A DNA stretch of 64,000 nt from Pecten maximus (taxonomy: Eukaryota). The DNA lies in the NCBI RefSeq assembly GCF_902652985.1, contig NC_047019.1:1426001-1490000 (forward strand), in the 5' to 3' direction. Under the pieces are notes generated by a model. That model was not told the DNA's origin, ran no database searches, and saw nothing but the letters and a program-made list of their open reading frames with translations. Made by a program: the position numbers and the translations under genes. How positions within the stretch are numbered: position 1 is the first letter of the stretch; every line of letters begins with the position of its first letter. Positions 27,001-39,000 of the stretch are shown piece by piece.

Positions 27001-30000
27001 CTTTTACATCATATAATATAACAAACTAATCAAAATAAAAATGAAATATAAAATTGACAAAGATCAACTCTACATACCTCTACAGCCCACGTACGGGTTT
27101 CCTGTGAAGCCAGATTTACAATAACACTTGTTGTCTGAAGACCTGCAGTAGGCGTTCGTTTTACATTTACCATCACACGGTACTGAAAAATACATCACAG
27201 CAAACAAACTTTTGTTAGGAATAAGCAGATATAAAGAAATAATGTGTGTACGTTTGTCATCACGAATGCTTAATGTATATAAAAGTAATTACCTATATCA
27301 ATGCAAATGTATATTATCAATTGAATATGATAGTAGCTACCAAACCGAACGCGAACACACGTTATATAATGTGTATGTCAGTAGCTACCTTGACCAACGC
27401 GAACGTCATACAATTTAAATAAAAGTTGTTACATTGTCAACGCGAAGGTACATTATATAATGTATATGGTAGTGGGTACCTATTGAACGCGAACGTAAAT
27501 AATATTATGAATAGTATAGTAGCTTTCTATATCAACGGGAAAGTACAATTTATAATGTATACGGTAAAAGTTACTTATATGAACGCGAACGTGTATTTAG
27601 GGGATAGTACTATCCCAATTCTAACACGTTTACTATCGCATATATTCAGAAACATTGTTGTACATCAATACAAGTACGCTGTTAAGTACTCTGTGACCTT
27701 CGCTAGTGACGTGTCATACTGTGGCTGATTGACCAATCAGAAAGAAGCTTTCAAAGTCGGTCAATTGGCCACGCCCATACTTGCGAGAGTTCGATCTTTA
27801 TGTTGACGAAGCGGTGTATTTGGATTGTTTTAAAAGTCCTGTTACCGAAGATTTAACGACATATTTGGATTTACTCTGCAGTATGCATAACGATATGTGC
27901 GTTTTGACAAAGTCGGTGTTGATGTGTTTCTACAGGATCAACCATTATGTGAAGTTGCGTGCACTTGTTCAATTCCTTTTCGGTTTTTACTTGGCTAGAT
28001 GCCTACACACGGACGAAATGAACGTTTCAATCAATAAATGACGGTAAGAATGATGTTAACGATTTTTGTTAAATGTATTCAGTTAATTCATTCTTTTCGA
28101 TTTATTCACTTTTGATTCCAATATCACGGGTCATCAATCATAAATGGTGCAGAGTGTTGAATTTCGCTACCAGTCGAACTTGACACCATATTGTTTTGAT
28201 TAGAAACGGGGCGTGGCTTAACACGATAGATCATGGTTCTATCGCGGATTAGAAAATGGTCCGTAACCAATCATAACACGCGTTGCAAATGCATCGTGTT
28301 AGAATATATAATGTATATGGCAGTGGTTATGTATGTCAATGCACAAGCAAATAGCATAACAAACTTATCTAAATTAAAATGAAATATAAAATTGACAAAG
28401 ATCAACTACACATACCTCTACAGCCCACGTACGGGTTTCCTGTGAAGCCAGATTTACAATAACACTTGTTGTCTGAAGACCTGCAGTAGGCATTCGATTT
28501 ACATCTACCATCACACGGTACTGAAAATTATATATTACAACAAATAATCTTTTATTTGGAATAAACAAATAAAGAGAAATAATTTGATACGTATGTCATC
28601 ACGAATGCTTAATGTATATAAAAGTAATAAACTATATCAATACAAACGTATATTATCAATTGAATATGTCAGTAGCTTCCTTGACCAACCCGAACCTCAA
28701 ATAATGTAAATAAAAGTTGTTACATATATCAACGCGAACGTAAATTATATAACGAATTGGATAGTAGTTACCTATATTAACGCGAAATTACAAATTATAA
28801 TGTGTATGGTAGTAGTTACCTATATGGACGCGAAGGTGTACATGTATTGTATAATGCATATGACAGTCGTTATGTATGTCAATACACAAGCAAATAACAT
28901 AACAAACTTATCTAAATTAAAATGAAATATAAAATTGACAAATATCAACTATGCATACCTCTACAGCCCACGTACGGGTTTCCTGTGAAGCCAGATTTAC
29001 AATAACACTTGTTGTCTGAAGACCTGCAGTAGGCGTTCGATTTACATTTACCATCACACGGTACTGAAAAATATATCACAGCAAATAACCTTTTGTTAGG
29101 AGTAAGCATATCTAGAGAAATATAGTGTTTATCTCTGTCAGCACGAATGTTTAATGTAGATATCAGTATTACATATATTAACGCGTATATTATATGTGTG
29201 TATTTTGGTTATTATATATATCAACACGGAACGTACATTATATAATGTATATCATAGTAGTTACCTCAAGCAACGCAATGGTACATTATTTAATGTATAT
29301 GACAGTAGTTACCTTTGTCAATACGCAAGCAAACAACATCACAAACAAATCAAAATAAAAATGTAATACTAAATTGACAAGATCAACTATACATACCTCT
29401 ACAGCCCACGTACGGGTTTCCTGTGAAGCCAGATTTACAATAACACTTGTTGTCTGAAGACCTGCAGTAGGCGTTCGTTTTACATTTACCATCACACGGT
29501 ACTGAAAAATATATCACGAAAAATGATTTTTTGTTAGGACTCAACAGACATAGAGAAATAATTTGTTGATCTCTGTCAGTACGAATGTTTAATGTACATA
29601 TCAGTATTACATATATTAACGTGTACATTATATGTGTGTATGTTAGTTATTATAAATATCAACACAAACGTACATTATATAATGTATATAACAGTAGTTA
29701 CCTTTGTCAATATGCAAGCAAATAATATTAATCAAAATCATCCTAAAATATGAAATTGACAAGATCATCTATACATACCTCTACAGCCCACGTACGGGTT
29801 TCCTGTGAAGCCAGATTTACAATAACACTTGTTGTCTGAAGATCTGCAGTAGGCGTTCGTTTTACATTTACCATCACACGGTACTGAAAAATATATCACA
29901 ACATATGACCTTTTGTTAGGAACAAGCATATCTAGAGAAATGAAGTGTTTATCTCTGTCAGTACGAATGTTTAATGTACATATCAGTATTACATATATTA

Positions 30001-33000
30001 ACGCGTATATTATACGTGTGTATGTTAGTTATTATATATATCAACGGGAACGTACATTATATAATGTATATCATAGTAGTTACCTATATCAATTCACAAG
30101 TTAATTACAAAACAAAGTAATCCAAATGAAATATAAAATTGACAAGATCATCTATACATACCTCTACAGCCCACGTACGGGTTTCCTGTGAAGCCAGATT
30201 TACAATAACACTTGTTGTCTGAAGACCTGCAGTAGGCGTTCGTTTTACATTTACCATCACACGGTACTGAAAAATATATCACGAAAAATGATTTTTTTTG
30301 TTAGGACTCAAAAGACATAGAGAAATAATTTGTTGATCTCTGTCAGTACGAATGTTTAATGTACATATCAGTATTACATATATTAACGTGTACATTATAT
30401 GTGTGTTTGTTAGTTATTATATTTATCAACGGGAACGTACATTACATCACCTATATCATAGTAGTTACTTAAAACAACGCAAACGTACATTATATGATGT
30501 ACATGACAGTAGTAACCTTGACCCACGCGAACCTCATATAATGTAAATAAAAGTTGTTACGTATATCAACGCGAACATACATTACATAATGTATATGATA
30601 GTGGGTATCTATTTGAACACGAACGTGAGTCATATAATGAATAGGATAGTAGTTACCTATATCGACGTGGAAGTACAATTTATAATGTGTATGATAAAAG
30701 TTACTTATATGAACGTGAACGTGTATTATATAATGTATATGACAGTAGTTATGTATGTCAATACACAATCAAATAATATAACAAAATAATCCAAATTAAA
30801 ATGAAATATAAAGTTGACAAAGATCAACTATACATACCTCTACAGCCCACGTACGGGTTTCCTGTGAAGCCAGATTTACAATAACACTTGTTGTCTGAAG
30901 ATCTGCAGTAGGCGTTCGATTTACATTTACCATCACACGGTACTGAAAAATAGTATATCAAAGCAATAATCTTTTGTCAGGAATAGATATATCTAGAGAA
31001 ATAATTTGTTAGCCTATGTCAACACGAACGCGTACATCAGCGTGAGGATTTCCCTCCCGTTCCTTAGTGCGGAAAACGCATTTGAAGAGTTCTCTAAAAT
31101 TGTTTTGAAAGACAAATTAATGAAGATTTTTGCTTTGGTAAGAGTTTACTTTATTGTGAATTAAATAACTATTCAGACAAAAGATTGGTGTGAAGAGGTT
31201 TAGCAATGGTATTGTTATCATAATGACTTTGGGGATAATAAAACAAATATTACATTGTTTAGCATGTGACAGTGGATATTGTTATCTGACTCACTATATA
31301 AATGGATATTAACCAAATTTGACTGTTTTCATATAAAACATGCTACCCATAAACTGTTGCCCGGTCACATGATTTACCGTGAATGCTACCCATGAACTGT
31401 TGCCCGATCACGCGCTGCACAATCGAATGCGCCTAATTACAAGCGTACAGATGACAGTGACTACACTGCTTGTCGTCGACAGGTTTTTAAACATCGGTCG
31501 ACTGTAAACATGACTTCTAGGTTTGAATACATAAACGATGACGAGCTTTTAAATCTCATAGAGAACAGAGACTCAGCTAATACCAGGAATATCATCAAGG
31601 GTTCTGTGAGTTATTAAATTTTGAATTTCAGACTTTTTTTTGTTGAACTGTAGTTATTCACTTCAATGGTCAGATAACAAAACAGTTGTCAGTCAACTGT
31701 CAAAACAGTTTCCACTCGGTGTTGGTACTGACCCGGTGAACTTCGGCCTCTGGGAAACAGTTCACCAGGTCAGTACCAACACCTCGTGAAAACAGTTTTG
31801 ACTGTTTACTGATGAGGCATGAAACAACTGTATATTGTCAACCCTCGGAAACCCATTGTCAAATCGGCTTCGACTCGGATGACAATGGTTTCTTGGGATG
31901 ACAATATCCACTGTCACATGCTAAACGATGCAATATTCATATAATGTATATGATAGCAGTTATTTAAATAAGGGCGAGCCTATATGTAATGTATATGATA
32001 ATAGTTACCTTTGTCAATACGCAATCAAATAAGATAACAAACTAATTAAAATAAAAATGAACAAAATGACAAATAGCAACTATACAAACCTCTACAGCCC
32101 ACGTACGGGTTTCCTGTGAAGCCAGATTTACAATAACACTTGTTGTCTGAAGACCTGCAGTAGGCGTTCGATTTACATTTACCATCACACGGTACTGAAA
32201 AATATATTACAACAAATAATTCCTTGTCATGAATAAATATATATAGAGAAATATTGTGTTTACCTACGTCATCGGGATTGTTTAATGTAAATAACTGTAT
32301 TTCATACATCAACGCTTACGTTAGATTATGTATATAATTATATTATGTATCAACGCGAAAGTGTATTTATAATGTTGATGATAATAATTACCTATACCAA
32401 CACAAACGTACATTATATAATGTATATAACAGTAGTTATCTTTGTCAATACACAAGCAAATAACATAACAAACTAATCAAAATAAAAAGGAAATATAAAA
32501 TTTACGAAGTTCAACTATATATACCTCTACAGCCCACGTACGGGTTTCCTGTGAAGCCAGATTTACAATAACACTTGTTGTCTGAAGATCTGCAGTAGGC
32601 GTTCGTTTTACATTTACCATCACACGGTACTGAAAAAATATATCACAACATATGACCTTTTGTTAGGAGCAAGCATATCTAGAGAAATAAAGTGTTTATC
32701 TCTGTCAGTACGAATGTTTAATGTACATATCAGTATTACATATATTAACGCGTATATTATATGTGTGTATGTTAGTTATTATATATATCAACGGGAACGT
32801 ACATTATATAATGTATATCATAGTAGTTACTTAAAGCAACGCAAACGTACATTAAATAAAATATATGGTAATGGTTACCTTTATTAACGCGAACGTACAT
32901 TACATCATGTATATCATAGCAGTTACCTATATCAATTCACAAGTTAATTACAAAACAAAGTAATCAAAATGAAATATAAAATTGAAAAAGGTCAACTATA

Positions 33001-36000
33001 CATACCTCTACAGCCCACGTACGGGTTTCCTGTGAAGCCAGATTTACAATAACACTTGTTGTCTGAAGACCTGCAGTAGGCGTTCGTTTTACATTTACCA
33101 TCACACGGTACTGAAAAATATATCACGAAAACAGATTTTTTGTTAGGAATCAACAGACATAGAGAAATAATGTGTTTATCTACGTCATCATGAATGTTTC
33201 AATGTAAATAGCAGTAGTAACATATATCAATGCGTACATTACATTATGTATATGATAGTAGTTACCTATATCAAAGCGAACGTGTATCATATAATGTATA
33301 TGACAGTCGTCATCTTTTTCAATACAGACGCAAATTACATAAAAAGCTTATCAAAATATAAATGAAGCACAAAATGTACGAAGATCAACTATACATACCT
33401 CTACAGCCCACGTACGGGTTTCCTGTGAAGCCAGATTTACAATAACACTTGTTGTCTGAAGACCTGCAGTAGGCGTTCGTTTTACATTTGCCATCACACG
33501 GTACTGAAAAATAGAACATCAATGCAGTAATCTTTGTCAGGAATAGATATATCTAGAGAAAGAATGTGTTAGTCTATGTCAACACGAACGCGTTCATTGC
33601 ATTATATATATCATAGTTATAAGATATATCATCGCGAATGTACATTACATCATGTATCTGATAAGAGTTACATATAACAACGAGAACGTTCATTATATAC
33701 TATTAAATCTCAAGTAGATTTCCGTGACCTTGATTGGTTAAGAGACAGCTAGACAAAAATGCTGTCTCCCCCTTCTGAAATACATTGATGTGAACGGGCA
33801 AAGCTGACATTGCTATGATACAGTGAAAAAAGTCTCATATGAAGAAAGCTACGTAACAGTTTAACCATCACCGCCTCAAAGCCGGTCACTAGAACATTTT
33901 ATTACTATGGCGATATCAACGGAGCGCTAATTTGACACCGATTGGTTAAACGCCGAAAAAATCTGTCAACATGTCGAAGTTGGCTCCTGTGTTGGAGCAG
34001 GATATGAAACACAGATCCTTGCAACAAAGAATCGAAAACGTCTAAAGATTTGTTGGAAAAAAAAACGTGAAGATTTCCCGCCTGTTCCTTGGGGAGGAAA
34101 ACGCATTTGAAGAGTTTTCAAAAGATGTTTTGAATGACAATTTAAGGCAGGTTTTTGCTAAAGTGAGATTTTACTTTATTGTTAATTAAATGAATATTCA
34201 GACAAAAGATTGGTGTGAAGAGTTTTCATAAAGATATCGTTTCTATAATGACTTTCGGGGAAATAAAACAAATATTACATTCTTTAGGATTTGACAGTGG
34301 ATATTGTCAACCCTCCGAAACCCATTGACAACTCGGCTTCGCCTCGGATGACAATGGTTTCCCAGGGATGACAATATCCACTGTCACATGCTAAACAATA
34401 TAATATTCATATAATGTATATGATAGAAGTTATTTACATAGGCGCGAGCATACATTATATTATGTATATAATAGTTACCTTTCTCATACGCAAGAATATA
34501 ACATAACAAACTAATCCAAATCCAAATGAAATATAAAATTGACAAATATCAACTCTACATACCTCTACAGCCCACGTACGGGTTTCCTGTGAAGCCAGAT
34601 TTACAATAACACTTGTTGTCTGAAGACCTGCAGTAGGCGTTCGATTTACATTTACCATCACACGGTACTGAAAATACATATCACAGCAAATAATTCCTTG
34701 TCATCAATAAACAGGTATAGAGAAATAATGTGTTTACCTACGTCATCCCGATTGTTTAATGTAAATAACTGTATTTCATACCTCAACGCTTACGTTAGAT
34801 TATGTATATGATAATTATATTATGTATCAACGCGAAAGTGTATTTATAATGTTGATGATAATAATTACCTATACCAACACAAACGTACATTATATAATGT
34901 ATATAACAGTAGTTATCTTTAATAAATACATCACAGCAATGATCTTTTGTCAAGAATAGACATATCTAGAGAAATAATGTGTTTACCTCTGTCAGCACGA
35001 CGGCATACATTGCATTAAATATATCATAGTTATTAGATATATCATCGCGAACGTACATAATATTATATATATCATAGTTATAAAATAAATATTCGCGAAC
35101 GTACATAATATTATATATATCATAGTTATAAGATAAATCATCGCGAACGTACATAATATTATATATCACAGTTATTAGATATATCATCGCGAATGACATT
35201 ACATTATGTATATGATAATAGTAACCTTTGTCAATACACAAGCAAATAACATAACAAACTAATCAAAATAAAAAGGAAATATAAAATTGACGAAGATTAA
35301 CTATATATACCTCTACAGCCCACGTACGGGTTTCCTGTGAAGCCAGATTTACAATAACACTTGTTGTCTGAAGACCTGCAGTAGGCGTTCGATTTACATT
35401 TACCATCACACGGTACTGAAAATATATATCATGATTATTTGTCGCGAATAAACGGAAATAGGGAAATAATGTGTTTATCTACGTCATCACGAATGTTTCA
35501 ATGTAAATAGCAGTAGTAACATATATCAATGCCTACATTACATTATATGTATGATAGTAGTTACCTATATCAAAGCGAACGTGTATCATATAATGTATAT
35601 GACAGTCGTCATCTTTTTCAATACAGACGCAAATTACATAAAAAGCTTATCAAAATATAAATGAAGCACAAAATGTACAAAGATCAACTATACATACCTC
35701 TACAGCCCACGTACGGGTTTCCTGTGAAGCCAGATTTACAATAACACTTGTTGTCTGAAGACCTGCAGTAGGCGTTCGTTTTACATTTACCATCACACGG
35801 TACTGAAAAATATATCACGAAAAATGATTTTTTGTTAGGACTCAACAGACATAGAGAAATAATTTGTTGATCTCTGTCAGTACGAATGTTTAATGTACAT
35901 ATCAGTATTACATATATTAACGTGTACATTATATGTGTGTATGTTAGTTATTATAAATATCAACACAAACGTACATTATATAATGTATATAACAGTAGTT

Positions 36001-39000
36001 ACCTTTGTCAATATGCAAGCAAATAATATTAATCAAAATCATCCTAAAATATGAAATTGACAAGATCATCTATACATACCTCTACAGCCCACGTACGGGT
36101 TTCCTGAGAAGCCAGATTTACAATAACACTTGTTGTCTGAAGATCTGCAGTAGGCGTTCGTTTTACATTTACCATCACACGGTACTGAAAAATATATCAC
36201 AGTAAGTAATTTTTTGTAAGGAATCAACAGACGTGGAGAAATAATTTGTTTTCTGTGTCAGCATGAATATTTAATGTAATTAGCAGTTATAACATTTATC
36301 AACGCGTACATTACATTATGTTTATGATAGCTATTATATATATCATCGTGAACGTACATTGTAAACTGTATGTGACAATAGTTACCTATGTCAATACACA
36401 GGCAGATAACATAACAATGTAAATTAAATAAAAATGAAATATAAAATTGACAAGATCATCTATACATACCTCTACAGCCCACGTACGGGTTTCCTGTAAA
36501 GCCAGATTTACAATAACACTTGTTGTCTGAAGATCTGCAGTAGGCGTTCGTTTTACATTTACCATCACACGGTACTGAAAAATATATCACAACATATGAC
36601 CTTTTGTTAGGAGCAAGCATATCTAGAGAAATAAAGTGTTTATCTCTGTCAGTACGAATGTTTAATGTAGATATCAGTATTACATATATTAACGCGTATA
36701 TTATATGTGTGTATGTTAGTTATTATAAAATATCAACACAAACGTACATTATATAATGTATATAACAGTACTTACCTTTGTCAATATGCAAGCAAATATT
36801 ATTAATCAAAATCATCCTAAAATATGAAATTGACAAGATCATCTATACATACCTCTACAGCCCACGTACGGGTTTCCTGTAAAGCCAGATTTACAATAAC
36901 ACTTGTTGTCTGAAGACCTGCAGTAGGCGTTCGTTTTACATTTACCATCACACGGTACTGAAAATATATATCACAGCAATTTTGTTTGTTAGGAATAAAC
37001 AGATATAGAGAAATAATGTGTTTACGTATGTCAGCACGAATGATAAATGGACAAAATAACCTATATCAACACGAAAGTACAATTTTAAATGTTTCTGATG
37101 ATTATTTCCCATATGGAAGCGAACGTACATTATATAATGTATATGATAATAGTTACTTTTATCAACACGAACGTACATTATATCAATAGACATACTGAAA
37201 TAATTTGTTTTCCTATGTCAGTTTCACATTTACCATCACCCGATACTGTAGTATAGAGGAGAAAGGATAATTGTTACACTTAAATCTAGTAAGCTGGTCA
37301 CCACATTGATTTACATAATCATTAATAGATCATTTCACCAGAATACGAATATTACTAGGACGTACTTTTGAAAGCTACGTATAGGTTTCAATGAATAGGA
37401 CAGTACTTTTACATACCTTTACAGCCGACATACGGGTTTCCTGTAAAGCCAGATTTACAGTAACATTTGTTGTCGGAGGCCCTACAGTAGGCATTGGTCC
37501 TACATTTACCGTCACAAGGTGCTGTAATGTTCAGAAAAGAGAATATAGAAAAGCAGTAAATATAAAAGTCTTCGATCGATACGACACGATATCTTTGAAC
37601 ACTAAATGAACGTCTTTCAAGAATAAATAAAATGAAACAACCTTTTCCTGACTAATCATACAGACCTCCATACCTGTGTGCTATCAGACATGTGTCCTAT
37701 TAAACAGCTCCGAGAAACAAACACAAGGTTCGTAAATATCTTAACGAATGATTGTTAGTCCGATATTGATTTGGCAGTTGAATAATAAAAAAAATACGTA
37801 ACATATATATAATTCCAATCCCAAATAAAGAGAATGAAAGTGATCATTTAAATTATCTCTTTAAAAATAGTGAACTTCTACACACTAGTTATTCGTCCTG
37901 TATTTGCCATCGCATGGCTCTTAAATATAAAAAAAATATATAAATTTTATTGCATGTTTCTACCAAAACACACAAGCAATAGAAGTCTTCGAATGAGCTT
38001 TTGATTTTTTTGGAGATGATATCGTACACTCACAAAACATATCTCAATTTTAATTCTGGGAATGTGTAACAAACTTTAAAATCACAAAGCTGTTGAATTA
38101 AAGGTGTAACATACGTTAAAATCACCAAGCTGTGGAACTAAAGGTGAAAGCATGATTAATAATCTCACCTTTGCACCCTGTATATGGATCGCCAATAAAT
38201 CCAGATTTACAGTAACACTTGTGGTCTTTACAGTAAGCATTCGCCTTACATTTACCACAGCAGAGATCTAGGAAAATAAATGGATACAATGTGATTGACA
38301 TGGACAATTTGGAATTGGACCAAAATTTCAGTTGATACACGTGTATGATGATAAGCACTTTCATGGCAGTTATAGTTATACTATTTCAACATTAACATGT
38401 AATTCCTAAGCAATATACCTTCTTATTCTTTCAGCAAACAAGAAATGAGTTTTGTAAAATGATTGTGTACCCCACTTTATTTAATTTCAGTCGATTTAAT
38501 TTAACTTCTTAACATTTATATTTGTTTAAATAGTAGCAAATATAAACACATTGTCTGGATTGATATTGATGAATACCTCAATCAAGTAATACTTCAATCC
38601 AGTGTTTAGATCTACAATTTTAACACTTTTCCGCGAAACACGTGCCTGACCCACAGGAGATGTAATCATCTTTACATAACCATCTTTACTTACACACGTA
38701 TTTCCTATTCGAACAACATTCGGACAATATATTGTTGTTATCTCATTGTTCCATTTCGCTATGGTCTCGCTATCTATAATATTGTCTCATTGTTTATATC
38801 TCGTTTTGGTCTCGTTATCTATAATATTGTCTCATTGTTTATATCTCGTTTTGGTCTCGTTATCTATAATATTGTCTCATTGTTTATATCTCGTTTTGGT
38901 CTCGCTATCTATAATATTGTCTCATTGTTTAATCTCGTTTTGGTCTCGTTATCTATAACATTGTCTCATTGTTTATATCTCGTTTTGGTCTCGTTATCTA

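Larger units (their letters stand above)
27078..36957 (-). repeat. Array of 17 near-identical 105-bp 'PCDG' EGF exons with related introns
   Basis: Exon sequences differ by only a few nucleotides. Introns are mosaics of shared AT-rich blocks. Confidence 0.95.

Noticed and set aside
27078-36957. Near-identical 105-bp repeats separated by variable spacers, superficially CRISPR-like
   Set aside because: The repeats are AG/GT-bounded coding exons, the spacers are 280-1230-bp mutually homologous introns, there are no cas genes, and the context is eukaryotic.
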